The notes: generated from the letters alone by a model not told the origin. 64,000 nucleotides of DNA from Candidatus Poribacteria bacterium (GCA_965197475.1 CBDANF010000002.1:1344001-1408000), one strand, 5' to 3'. Shown: positions 10,821-21,484, numbered from the stretch's first letter. A program made the numbers and translations.

Positions 10821-10983
10821 AAGAATCCCTCCTACGTAAATATGTTATATACCAAAAACTTTTCATTGACAAAATTTGTAAAATGACATAATCTTATCAT
10901 GAATAAAATTATTATAGTAAAGTTTGTAATTATTGAGATACTGCCATAGCGTACTTACTTTCTACAAGGATAATCTAAAGTCT

Positions 10984-11919
10984 ATGAAACAAGCATTCTT
11001 ATTTCTATTTTTATCCCTACTGATGGGGACACTTGTTGTTTTCAAAATTGCGACAATCCAAGCAGATACGACAGATGCACAGAAAAACACCTCACAGGAT
11101 AAAAAAACACCTTTTACCGAAGGGTGCAATAAATGTCACGGAGACGAAAACGCCTTTAAAGAATGGACTCAAGCAGGGCATTCACACGCGCTTGTCAACC
11201 TCCTTGAAGGACCTTATGAGGTAAAAACGTCTTGTCTGAGTTGCCATTCCTCTGGGTATACCATGTTTGCCGAGCGAGGCATTCCAGGACACCCGTATAA
11301 CGAAAAGACAGCCGTGAATGCAGTTGCTTGCTCTTCTTGCCATTCCCACGCCAGCAAAGAAGAACATTTGTTGGTAATACCAGCAAAAAAATTATGTGTC
11401 ACCTGCCACAAAATGGACTGTGGGTGTGCTGGTGCTGGCATTGTCCACCAATCGCAAGCAGAGATGTTCTTAGGACGTGAAGGCGCAGGCGTTAAACGGA
11501 TGCCATCACCACACGTGCGTGCCATGAAAAAACGGTGTGTCCACTGCCACATGGCAAAAGATGATATGAAAACTGTAGCAAAGGACGATCAAAAAAAAGA
11601 CGACAAAGAAGCTGTGGCAAAACATGGCGGTCATACCTTTAAAGCAGACTTTTCGACTTGTAGCAACGCAGGATGTCATGATAGTGCTGACAACGATATG
11701 GCTGTGAAACTTCCAACATATCGCACTGAAATTGAGGCAAAAATGAAAACTGTCAAAACAATGCTGGACAATGCAGAAGACAAAACATCCCAAGCCTATA
11801 TTGACGCAAAGTTGAACTACGACATGGTTAAAGGTGACAGCGGTTATGGACTACACAATATTCCGTATGCCCGCGCGCTGTTAGACCATAACCTATCTCT
11901 AAAACCGGAGATAAAATAG
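10984..11919 (+). CDS. Exported multiheme cytochrome c (about 6 hemes)
   Basis: Signal/anchor sequence; CNKCH, CLSCH, CSSCH, CVTCH, CVHCH plus CSNAGCH (CX4CH); C-terminal 'GDSGYGLHNIPYA'. Start moved to ATG 10984. Confidence 0.85.
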   Translation: MKQAFLFLFLSLLMGTLVVFKIATIQADTTDAQKNTSQDKKTPFTEGCNKCHGDENAFKEWTQAGHSHALVNLLEGPYEVKTSCLSCHSSGYTMFAERGIPGHPYNEKTAVNAVACSSCHSHASKEEHLLVIPAKKLCVTCHKMDCGCAGAGIVHQSQAEMFLGREGAGVKRMPSPHVRAMKKRCVHCHMAKDDMKTVAKDDQKKDDKEAVAKHGGHTFKADFSTCSNAGCHDSADNDMAVKLPTYRTEIEAKMKTVKTMLDNAEDKTSQAYIDAKLNYDMVKGDSGYGLHNIPYARALLDHNLSLKPEIK

Positions 11920-11964
11920 CAGGCACATTCCGTCGTGCCGTAGCATTGCCACAAGGGTTGAACT

Positions 11965-12801
11965 TCAACCAGCACTATTCAGTGCCGATTTCAACGGGAC
12001 GTCCTTATCTTGCGGGATATAAAAACTCAGTGGATCGCTAACAACACCGATGAGTTGCTTCTGAATCGGATTACATTTGGCGACCAATTCATCCGGCATT
12101 TGTATATAATCCATCGGTTTGACCCAACGGTAGGCATATCCCATAAAAATAGTTTTGCGGGGGAAACCCGACCAATTATGTCCGATGCCATGATACGTCC
12201 GTTGTTCAAAGAGGAAAGCATCACCAGCATTGACGTTCATAGAAATCGCGCCGCGTGCCCAACCTGTTTCAGGATCACGGGCGGGCATGCCTGTTAATCG
12301 GTTGCTTCCTGGCACTAATACCGTCGCACCTGAAGCAGGATTAGACTGGTCGCTGATAGCATACGCTATTTTGAGTAGAATGCGCGGATGCGGTTCTTGC
12401 ATCTCCTTATATGACGTTCCACCATCACGGTGAAGCCCAATGTGGTTTTTTACATTGTCAGCCGGTTCCTCTTTCGAAGGCAAGACAATCAGATGTGACG
12501 TAATCATCTGGATGTTCCAATTCAATACCCCACAAGCGAGGGGAAATGTCTTATTCCAGTCAAGAAGTTGGAGAAATGCTTCATGATGCGTAATGCAATT
12601 GCGAAGATTCAACTTACCGCCTGCTTCCAAATTCCCTGCTGCCTCCTCTTTGGCATAAACTTCATCAACCGCAGCGTCAATTTCCGCCACAGCATCTGGG
12701 GATAGGGCGTTTTTAATTAAAAGATAACCATTGTTATCAACAAACTGTTTCTGCTCAGACGTAAGGACTACTGCTTCAGATAAATCGCTCATCGTTTCCA
12801 T
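11965..12801 (-). CDS. Phytanoyl-CoA dioxygenase (PhyH) family Fe(II)/2-oxoglutarate oxygenase
   Basis: 'NGYLLIKNAL', HxD ('LHRDG'), 'GATVLVPGS', distal His 'TYHG'. Confidence 0.88.
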   Translation of the reverse strand: METMSDLSEAVVLTSEQKQFVDNNGYLLIKNALSPDAVAEIDAAVDEVYAKEEAAGNLEAGGKLNLRNCITHHEAFLQLLDWNKTFPLACGVLNWNIQMITSHLIVLPSKEEPADNVKNHIGLHRDGGTSYKEMQEPHPRILLKIAYAISDQSNPASGATVLVPGSNRLTGMPARDPETGWARGAISMNVNAGDAFLFEQRTYHGIGHNWSGFPRKTIFMGYAYRWVKPMDYIQMPDELVAKCNPIQKQLIGVVSDPLSFYIPQDKDVPLKSALNSAG

Positions 12802-12877
12802 TTTTTCATCCTTTTTTAGACATGTCTAAATTCAATTTATGTAACTTCTATTTTGGACGCTAAAATGTCCTATAGTT

Positions 12878-13111
12878 TTACTAAAGTTTGGACATTTTCT
12901 GTCTGTTTCATGTTGTGTTCTCACGTATTTTCTATTTTTCTACGAGTTTTGTGCGGAGTTGTAACCCACAGAAAAACTATTATAGGTTCAGCAGAGGCAG
13001 CCCCAGCGGGGCGAAATGTTTATCAATAAATCTTATATTGATGCCTAAGGTGTTTCTATTGACCTTGACTATCACTCAAGAACTCTAAAAATTGTCCAAA
13101 GTATAGTAGTC
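12878..13111. mobile_element. Probable MITE/REP composite
   Basis: Imperfect inverted ends actaaagtttggacatttt / aaaattgtccaaagtatagt; internal gccccagcggggc palindrome like those at 37831-37990. Confidence 0.45.
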
Positions 13112-13209
13112 TTAAAGTATACAAGGATTTACAAAAAATCTCAAGAAAATTTTAGACAACACCAGCGTTCTGGAACTCAAGGCGACAACGCGTAAGGTCG
13201 GAATCAAAA

Positions 13210-15306
13210 TTGACACCTACAACCTCACATCAAGTTTTACGGCAATCAGCAGGAAGCGGTCAACAGACTCCACATCGTGAACTAACAACACATGAACAAC
13301 AACACTTCGGTGCTACATGGCGTGCTATCTTAATCGGCACCGCACTTACTATTCCCAACGTCTATTGGATTTTGGATTCCGCGGGACAAGGATATCCAAC
13401 CACAATTTCGCTCTATTTTAATGTCATTTTTTGTATCTTCGTCTTTACAGGTGCGAATTTGGCATTGAAACGGGTAGTGCCGCGAGTGGCATTCCAACAA
13501 GGCGAATTGTTGACGATCTATGTCATGCTTGCTATTGCCTCCTCCTTGGCAGGGCACGATGTTCTCCGCGTCTTAATTCCGATGATCCCCTACGCTTTCT
13601 GGTATGCCACCCCCGAAAACGATTGGGCGCATCTATTTCACCGATATATTCCTGACTGGATAGCAGTCAAAGATAGAACATTTTTAACGGAGTATTACCG
13701 AGGCGAAGCCAGCTTATATAGTTGGGAAGTCATTGAAGAATGGATCACGACCACCCTAACTTGGGCAGGACTTACGCAATGTGTTTAAAAGTCCCCTTGA
13801 TAAGGGGGATTTTGGGGGTTAAAAGCACCAAATTCTGCCTATTTAACCCCCCTAACCCCCCTTATCAAGGGGGAATGCGTAAGTCCTGCTTGGGGTGGTT
13901 TTTTGTGCGCGCTCGTGTTCGTAATGGTTTTTATCAATACCCTCGTCCGCAAGCAATGGACAGAACATGAAAAACTGAGTTACCCGATTATTCAGCTTCC
14001 GCTTGAATTGACAAACGTCGGTAAAACAAACCTGCTGACAAATAGGATAATGTGGCTCGGATTTGGGATTGCAGGTGCGATTGATATCCTCAACGGGTTG
14101 CACTATCTTTTTCCGACTGTTCCGAGTCTCGGCGGTCGCCTCTACGATTTACGCCCATTTTTTACACAGAAACCGTGGAGCGCAATTGGATGGACTCCTG
14201 TGGCTGTATTTCCGTTTGCAGTCGGAATGGCGTTCTTTATTCCGTTGGATCTGTCATTTTCTTGCTGGTTCTTTTATCTGTTTTGGAAGGTAGAACGGAT
14301 TTTCGGGGATGCTTTGGGAATCAGGGGTATGCCGAATTTTCCGTTTACCGATGAGCAATCTTTTGGCGCGTATATCGGCTTATTCGTGATTGCTATAATC
14401 GCAACGCGAAAACACCTCGCACAGGTGGCACGCAAAATCTTTAAGCAGCGGGAAGGAAACGATTCTGACGAACCGATGTCTTATCGTGGCATGATAATTT
14501 GCCTCATCGGTAGTCTGATGTTCATCGGTATCTTTTGCAATGCCGCCGGAATGTCAGTATGGGCAATTATAGTTTTCTTCGGAATTTATTACGCAATTTC
14601 CACCGCTGTAACCCGCATGCGTGCTGAACTCGGTTCACCGGTACACGATTTACATTTCATCGGACCGGATGAGATGATGCCTCGCATCTTTGGAACGCGC
14701 CTGATCGGCCCACGAAACTTAACGATGCTCGCCTACCTCTTCTCTTTCAATCGCGCCTATCGTGGGCATCCGATGCCGCATATCCTGGAAGGTTTTAAAC
14801 TTGCTGAACGCACCCGAATTTCTAATCGCAGACTCCTTATCGCAATGTGTATTGCAATTGTTATCGGAACATTCGCATCATTTTGGGCATTTTATCATAT
14901 CTCATACATTGAAGGCGCACGCGATTGGTTCGCGGGTAGACCGTTTAACCGACTTCAAGGTTGGCTCTCTTCACCCAAAGTGCCCGATATTCCTGCGATT
15001 ATCGCTATAGGTGTCGGATTTCTGATAACCGGTTTCTTGATGATTATGCGGATACGGTTGTTTTGGTGGCCTTTTCATCCGGCGGGTTTCGCTATTTCAA
15101 GCAGTTGGTCGATGAATGTGTTTTGGTTCTCTATTTTCGTCAGTTCTGTTATCAAGTGGATTATTCTGAAACAAGGCGGGATGAATCTGCACCGTAAACT
15201 TATTCCGTTTTTCCTCGGGTTGATTCTCGATGAGTTTATTGTTGGGGGTGTCTGGAGTCTTATCGGTATTATGCTGGATACACCAATGTATCGCTTCCTG
15301 TTTTAG
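13210..15306 (+). pseudogene. DUF6785/DUF6784-type (OPT-like) polytopic membrane protein interrupted by a 123-bp MITE
   Basis: ORFs 13210-13788 and 13903-15306 share a frame; removing the MITE plus one 6-bp duplication restores ...TTLTWGGFLCALVF...; motifs 'RKQWTEHEKLSYP', 'WWPFHPAGF'. Confidence 0.85.
13766..13888. mobile_element. 123-bp MITE, copy 1
   Basis: Perfect 13-bp TIRs caggacttacgca / tgcgtaagtcctg; 6-bp direct repeat cttggg on both sides; internal hairpins. Confidence 0.92.
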
Positions 15307-15353
15307 GAAGTGGTGGTATGTGGAATCACACGACTAATCAGATTTCATTCATC

Positions 15354-15382
15354 TTGACTGAACAACCTAAATATGCTATAAT
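15354..15382 (+). promoter_or_regulatory. Sigma70-type promoter
   Basis: TTGACT-N17-TATAAT with TG extended -10. Confidence 0.6.
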
Positions 15383-15425
15383 GATAATAGCAACTTATCA
15401 AATCAAAAGACTATTGGTTGAATAT

Positions 15426-16336
15426 TATAGTAAAACCTGTAATTACTTATACACTTTTATAATATCATCAATAGAGGTCTCAGCGTTGTATTGACGTATC
15501 CGCTTGATGTTAGCGAAATCTTTCTCAATCGGATTCAACTCCGGTGAATACGGCGGTAAAAACAACAAACTCGCACCGCATTCCCGGATCAATGCTTCTG
15601 TTTGTGAACCTTTGTGGAAAGAGGCATTATCCATAATCACAACGTGGCTGTCGTCAAGCAAAGGACATAACATCTCCGAAAGCCATGCGTTGAAGGCAAC
15701 CGCATCGCAACTACCTTCGAAAAGCACAGGCACTGTGAAACATCCATCAAGACGTGCCGCAATCAAGGTTGTGGTGGTATACCGATGACTTGGCACTTTA
15801 TCTTCAACACGGACACCTTTCGGGCATAAGCATACCGACGGAAATCGGTTTCGGTGAAACCACTTTCGTCAAGATAAACCGGTTTTTTGCCATGCTCGTG
15901 TGTCTCTTGTTGAAGTGCCGAGAGATACTCTTGGCGTTTTACCGGACACTGTTCTTTGTAGGTCGTGGTCTTTTTTTTCGCGTGATATTGAGTTTTGCCA
16001 AGGCATAAAAGATGCCGTTTGTTGAAACACCGAAGTGTTTGGCACGTTCGGCGAGTGTGCTATCGGGAAAATCGGCAACATGTTGTTGAAGCGCATCATA
16101 ATCAATGTGTCGGGGCCCTTTGGTATCCGGCTTCTCATAGGCAAAGGGGTTTTCTGCTTCTAACCAGTTATAGATCGTCCTTCTTGAGACACCGAAGGTG
16201 CGTTTAGCAGCGGTTTTACTCCCACCGTTATTGATGAAATCAAGGACGCTTTTGCGTCCATCTGTTGAATATGCCATAATCATAAACGCTAACATAAATC
16301 TCAGAAAATGTAAACTTATTTTTGGGATCTACTATA
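15426..16336 (-). mobile_element. IS630 family insertion sequence (element A)
   Basis: orfA 15939-16295 (HTH), A-run shift site near 15971-15978, orfB DDE motifs 'YLDESG', 'MDNASFH', 'LPPYSPELNPIE'; tatagta...tactata ends; extra 1-nt deletion near 15822. Confidence 0.88.
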
Positions 16337-16582
16337 ATTGCTGCCAATCTTAGAACCAATAGATTTGAAATAAAAACTGAAGAAAAAAACTATACTGGAG
16401 ATATCGCAGACGAAGTCTTTGAAACAGTGGATAACATAACACTAAATCTAAAATACGCTGCTGAGATTCAGGAAGTCACCGAACGAAGCGAAGCCACGGA
16501 TGAACTCACTAAACCGAAATACCTACTCCTAAGTCTTAAATTAGTTTCAAATGAACAAACTATACTTCGGCGACAACCTTGA
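16337..16582 (+). pseudogene. C-terminal fragment of an AT-rich hypothetical gene, cut by IS630
   Basis: Open frame without a proper start running from the IS end and overlapping the methyltransferase start. Confidence 0.4.
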
Positions 16583-18062
16583 AGTCATGCGAGAGATGGA
16601 CGACCAACGCGTCGACCTAATCTGCACCGACCCACCCTTCAACAGCGGACGTGACTATAACGCGTTCCTCACTGACTCGCTTGCACAATCCAAAGCGTTC
16701 ACGGATACATGGACATGGGACGACCCAGCAAAAGATTCCCGCGCCGACATTGAAAGACGCGCACGCACCAGCGACACTTACAAGGCACTTAATACCTGCC
16801 TGAAAGGGTATGACCTTGTGCTGCAAAATGCGGTGTCCGGGAACAAAGGGGCAATGCGTGCATACCTTGCGTTTATGGGGCCGCGGCTGGCGGAGATGCA
16901 CCGCATCCTCAAAGACACAGGGAGCATCTACCTACACTGCGACCCGACTGCAAGCCACTACCTCAAAGGTGTGATGGATGCTGTGTTTGAGGTAGAGAAT
17001 TATAGGAACGAGATTGCTTGGGGATATTCCAACAGTGGTCGTCCAAAGCGTTTCTTTGCTAAGAAACACGATACCATTTTACTTTATACGAAAACTGACA
17101 AGGCATTCTGGGGAAATTATAAAATGCCTATTAGTGAAGAATATTTGGCAAGTCATTATCGGCAGATAGATGATCAAGGGCGAAGATGTCGTATTCGTGT
17201 TGATGCAGGTAAAAAGAGATATTACTATCCAGAGGAAGGAATGACTCCTAATGATTGGTGGAAGGATATACCTTCTCTAAATTCTATGGCGAAAGAACGT
17301 CTCGGTTATCCAACTCAAAAACCACTTGCCCTCTATGAACGGATGATCCAAGCCTCCAGCAATGAAGGCGATCTCGTGATGGACCCGTTCGCGGGGTGCG
17401 GTACCACAATAGACGCAGCACACTCGCTCAATCGGTTCTGGATAGGGATTGACCTCACAATCCTGTCGCTTGACCCGATGCGGCGACGTCTCTATGACAG
17501 GCACGGATTGGAACCCTCAAAAAACTACGAAGTCCACGGTTACCCGACAAACATGCAGGAGGTGCACATGCTCGTCCGCGACGAAAGGAAATATCACGAC
17601 TTTTCTAACTGGGCGGTTACACGACTCGGTCTTCAGCCGACAAAATCGGTTGGCGATGGCGGTAAGGATGGCGAGGCAGAGGTCGGGCATATCACGTTGT
17701 GGGACCCTGAGGCGGGAGAGACGACTAACACGCGTATCCTTGCGGAGGTCAAAAGCGGTAAGCCGACAATCTCGCAAGTCCGTGCATTCTGTCGTGTTAT
17801 GGACAAACACGATGCGATCGGGGTATTTATCACGATTGAACCTGTGAGTGCGGGGATGCGTCAGGAGGCGGCGGATATGGGGACGTTTTCACATAACAAT
17901 GAGACGTTTCCGCGCTTGCAGTTCTGGCAGATAGATGATGCGTATTTTGCTAATCCGAGTTCCTTGCGGAGTCTTATTCGTTTGCCGCAACAGTGGCTTG
18001 AGCCGATGCGAAAGATGGAACGGCATTTTTCGGATACGCAGTTGCCGCTGCTGCGTTTGTAG
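16551..18062 (+). CDS. Beta-class N6A/N4C DNA methyltransferase fused to a C-terminal Mrr-like PD-(D/E)xK domain
   Basis: Catalytic 'DPPF' precedes SAM-binding 'DPFAGCGTT'; 'GYPTQKPLAL'; C-terminal 'GDGGKDG...AEVKSG'. Confidence 0.88.
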   Translation: MNKLYFGDNLEVMREMDDQRVDLICTDPPFNSGRDYNAFLTDSLAQSKAFTDTWTWDDPAKDSRADIERRARTSDTYKALNTCLKGYDLVLQNAVSGNKGAMRAYLAFMGPRLAEMHRILKDTGSIYLHCDPTASHYLKGVMDAVFEVENYRNEIAWGYSNSGRPKRFFAKKHDTILLYTKTDKAFWGNYKMPISEEYLASHYRQIDDQGRRCRIRVDAGKKRYYYPEEGMTPNDWWKDIPSLNSMAKERLGYPTQKPLALYERMIQASSNEGDLVMDPFAGCGTTIDAAHSLNRFWIGIDLTILSLDPMRRRLYDRHGLEPSKNYEVHGYPTNMQEVHMLVRDERKYHDFSNWAVTRLGLQPTKSVGDGGKDGEAEVGHITLWDPEAGETTNTRILAEVKSGKPTISQVRAFCRVMDKHDAIGVFITIEPVSAGMRQEAADMGTFSHNNETFPRLQFWQIDDAYFANPSSLRSLIRLPQQWLEPMRKMERHFSDTQLPLLRL

Positions 18063-18168
18063 GTTGGGTAGAGCTTGCGAAACCCAACATTGTTAGGAAC
18101 GACCTCCAATCAACGCCAAAAGCGCATTCGACGTTGATTTGGCCACTTTGCAAGCAGCCTCTAAGACA

Positions 18169-18663
18169 TCATTCTGATTCAAGGTGTTTCTTGACATTTT
18201 CCTTACCGAATGCCCACACTTCTTCTCCAAATTCCATCAGAGGCGAAGTAAAAAGCGAGTTGTTAATTTCGTCTTTGAAGAAATCGTTGGTATGTGGATT
18301 GAGGAAAGTAAGAAGCAGCGCGATTATAAGTGCACTTGTGGCAATGCCTATTCCTAATCCGAGCAAGCTATTCAACCACCCTAAAATGCCTTTCTCAAAG
18401 ATTTGATGGATCCGTTCAAAAATTGTGTCTGTTACGATAGATGTAATAATTATCAGTGCAATAATGCTGATCCATTTTGCAATTTCTTCATTTACAATAA
18501 TTTTTTGGATGGGAAAAGCGAGGTGCTGCCACAATTGACTTGCGACGATGAGTCCGGCGCCGAGGGCAAAAGCACCCCACACACTTCGAGTGAAACCGGC
18601 TTTGTAACAACTAAATCCGGCTATTCCAACGATGATGAGAATGACAATATCTAATTTCGTCAT
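18169..18663 (-). CDS. cvpA: CvpA (colicin V production) family membrane protein
   Basis: 'LDIVILII...KAGF', 'LGWLNSLLGLGIG', C-terminal 'S...P' pattern, four TM segments. Confidence 0.75.
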   Translation of the reverse strand: MTKLDIVILIIVGIAGFSCYKAGFTRSVWGAFALGAGLIVASQLWQHLAFPIQKIIVNEEIAKWISIIALIIITSIVTDTIFERIHQIFEKGILGWLNSLLGLGIGIATSALIIALLLTFLNPHTNDFFKDEINNSLFTSPLMEFGEEVWAFGKENVKKHLESE

Positions 18664-18781
18664 AGCAAGGGAGGTGCATTAAATAAGCACGCGATTTATA
18701 TTTTGCAGGTGTTTTGCAGGTTTGAAATAAAGGGCGTAGAAAGTTAAGAAACGAGATCCTTGGAGTATCTTTTGATCTGGG

Positions 18782-19789
18782 TTAATTTGGTATTACGCTC
18801 TTTTTATAAATTTGCTGCATCGCTGTTTCAATCGGGGTGCCGTTTCCTAAAAGACTAAGGAGTTGTCGGATAGAAAGGAATCCTCCTTCATCAATCAAGG
18901 CACTAACGATCGCTGCTGATTGAAGATATGCAATTTTTCGCTTTGAAGTTGGAAGTTCGGTGAAAGGTTGGTTGAGTTCCAACAACGTTGGCAAAGTTCC
19001 ATGTTTGTCTGCTTGTTGCAGGGCGAGTTTTTCGAAGGACAGCAACGGACGGGCAATCGTTTGCGCAAGTCCCTCGTTGAGCCAAATCGGACAATTCCCG
19101 TGTGTAAGGAGATCAACTAACAGATGTGTCCACTCATGCCGAATAAGGACATATAAAACACCCAGTTCCGGTTCTCCATCAGCACAATAGTTCAGTTGGA
19201 TATGTCCATCGTAGCACCCACTTGCCCATTTCGGTATGTGTGCTTGTGGTGGAGCATCGTGCGTATTTATGATTGAGATAGATATTTGGTGGGGTGGATA
19301 ACTGTCAAGTTGGGCACCAACTTCGTTGTGCGTTCTTTCAGTGAGTTGGCAGATATACCAAAGTGTTTTTGGAGCAACGGCAGGTTCAACGGTCAGTTTA
19401 AAAAACAGACGTTCAATTACATTCTGAGTGCGCGGCAAATTTTCTGATTGAAGTTTTAGCGTGAAGTCCGAGGGAGGCTCTTCCACTAAATTGCTCTCAT
19501 GAATTAGGGTTTGATAGCACTTTTTTTCTTCACTGATACGTGCTTTACGTCTGAGTACTGCAGGTGAATCGGGACATAATTGAAGCGCGATATCCAAGTA
19601 TATCAATGCCTGTTCCCATTTTCCGACCATTTCGTATGCCTTAGCAAGGTCAGCATAAATATGGTAACGACTCTGGTCGTATTTTAAACCCGCTAAGTAG
19701 TGCTGGATGGATTCAACGTAACGAGTTTGTTGAAAACAGACTGCCGCCTGCTGAAAATAGGGTAAAGCGAGCGAAGACGTATCGCGCAC
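18782..19789 (-). CDS. TPR + peptidase MA-like zinc metalloprotease
   Basis: N-terminal TPRs; 'HEWTH' and 'WLNEGLA' gluzincin motifs; 'AYLQS'. Confidence 0.85.
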   Translation of the reverse strand: MRDTSSLALPYFQQAAVCFQQTRYVESIQHYLAGLKYDQSRYHIYADLAKAYEMVGKWEQALIYLDIALQLCPDSPAVLRRKARISEEKKCYQTLIHESNLVEEPPSDFTLKLQSENLPRTQNVIERLFFKLTVEPAVAPKTLWYICQLTERTHNEVGAQLDSYPPHQISISIINTHDAPPQAHIPKWASGCYDGHIQLNYCADGEPELGVLYVLIRHEWTHLLVDLLTHGNCPIWLNEGLAQTIARPLLSFEKLALQQADKHGTLPTLLELNQPFTELPTSKRKIAYLQSAAIVSALIDEGGFLSIRQLLSLLGNGTPIETAMQQIYKKSVIPN

Positions 19790-19912
19790 GGGTTCTCATT
19801 TTCTCGGTTAGGTGAGAACAAAAGGGGAGTATGATAGATGCACGAGTCTCTACGTCTAAATAGCATGGACCCGTATTGCAAATTTGAAGTTGCTCCCCTG
19901 TTCCCCCGTAGT

Positions 19913-20554
19913 TTAAGAATTTTTAACGTCAATTATTTGGAAAGTGATATCCCCGCACTTAAACTCTGAACCTTCTTCAATCGGTGCAGAATCCTTTACG
20001 CGAATCCCTCCAACATACGTAGGTGTTGAACTTCCCAAGTCTGTGACAGAGACTTCATCATCTTGCATCTCAAAAGAGAGATTCAGATGTGCAAGGGTTC
20101 GGGTATCATTATTCTTTTCCGCTTCAGGATTTTGCCAGCGTTTCAATTCTTCACCAGTCGGAGGCTTTAGCGATCCTGGAAAAACATCAGTATCTACGTT
20201 CCCCATTGCCTGCGGGCTGTAGGCTGCCTGAGGGTTAAGCGTAGCCATCACATCTTGTGCAGCCTCACTTGCTTCATCTCTGACAGTTTTCATCAGTTTT
20301 TCTCTTACGCGTTCCTTCGACCCTGGACGCGGCATAACGCTTTCTGTTTCCTGAAAACGATAATGTGCGAAATCAACCAGTTCTTTTAACTTGTGAAAGT
20401 GGGTTGATTCTTGAATGTTTTTAAGAAGGCATCTTTGTTTACGGCTGAGTTTTTCATTTTTCAACCAACACGTATAAGCTTCTAAAACCTCTGCTTCTTT
20501 GATATCGGTATCATTATACCGAGCGGACTTCGGAGTCTTTCTCAAAAAACTCAT
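19913..20554 (-). CDS. Putative anti-sigma-like protein with a C-terminal degenerate FHA domain
   Basis: Directly downstream of an ECF sigma gene; C-terminus 'VSVTDLGSSTPTYVGG...IEEGSEFKCG' is FHA-like; no TM segment. Confidence 0.6.
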   Translation of the reverse strand: MSFLRKTPKSARYNDTDIKEAEVLEAYTCWLKNEKLSRKQRCLLKNIQESTHFHKLKELVDFAHYRFQETESVMPRPGSKERVREKLMKTVRDEASEAAQDVMATLNPQAAYSPQAMGNVDTDVFPGSLKPPTGEELKRWQNPEAEKNNDTRTLAHLNLSFEMQDDEVSVTDLGSSTPTYVGGIRVKDSAPIEEGSEFKCGDITFQIIDVKNS

Positions 20555-20591
20555 TAGTTAATCCTCCATGTTTACAAATCAATTAAATCCG

Positions 20592-21215
20592 TTATTGTAT
20601 CCATTGAATACCTTTGTTAACCAGAATTTGCCGCAATTCTTGCGTACATCGGAATATCCAGATTTTGACTGTTCCATCTTTCCGGTTAAGAATACGGGAA
20701 ATTTCTGCAACACTACATCCTTCTAAATGTCTTAGGATCCAGGCGATACGGTGATTCGGTTTAGTGACCTGCTCAAGAGCCGTTTCTAAAATTTCTTGTG
20801 CCTCTTGGGCTATTATGTGTTTGTCAGGTCCCGGTCGTCCATCTTCGTATTCATTCAGAGGGAGGTCATCTTGCTCTTCAAGTGTGAGGAGCGATTCACG
20901 GATCCGATCTCTCCTGCGTATCGCATCAATAATTGTATTGCGAGCTACTATATTTAACCATGCTTGGAAACTACCTTTTTCAGGGTCCCATTTATCTTTG
21001 TCAAGTTTTTGCCAGACTTTAGTAAAAACATCCAGACTAACCTCTTCAGTATCTTGATGGTCTCCGAGCATTCGATAAGCCTTACTATAGACCCAATTAT
21101 AGTGCTTCTCAAATAGCTGGCTAAACGCAGCTTCATCGCCTTGTTTAGCTTGGGTAGCTAGATAGGTATCTTCAGTAGCCGATAGGTCATTTTTCGCTTG
21201 GCGCGCCATAGGCAA
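20592..21215 (-). CDS. ECF RNA polymerase sigma factor
   Basis: 'GDEAAFSQLF', 'SFQAWLNIVARN', region 4 'EGCSVAEISRIL...GTVK'; GGAGG RBS. Confidence 0.92.
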   Translation of the reverse strand: MPMARQAKNDLSATEDTYLATQAKQGDEAAFSQLFEKHYNWVYSKAYRMLGDHQDTEEVSLDVFTKVWQKLDKDKWDPEKGSFQAWLNIVARNTIIDAIRRRDRIRESLLTLEEQDDLPLNEYEDGRPGPDKHIIAQEAQEILETALEQVTKPNHRIAWILRHLEGCSVAEISRILNRKDGTVKIWIFRCTQELRQILVNKGIQWIQ

Positions 21216-21426
21216 AACCTCCTTTGTCCTCTTTTAGCCAAAGGATTTATGAAACCAGTTTCGCTATAATAACGAAACTATCCCGTATTACGTTTCAGAT
21301 AATTCTGAAATCTTCCTATAGGAAAAGTAAATTAGCACATTAGAGGATATCAATGCAAAATGATGTAATATTTTTAAAGTATATCATACAACGAAAATTA
21401 CATCAATAATGTTTACCGGATTTTGT

Positions 21427-21455
21427 TTGACACATATAGGCTGAATAGGTAAAAT
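21427..21455 (+). promoter_or_regulatory. Sigma70-type promoter
   Basis: TTGACA-N17-TAAAAT upstream of the gene at 21591. Confidence 0.6.
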
Positions 21456-21484
21456 GTGATCGATTGTTGTGGTAAATTTTTGTA

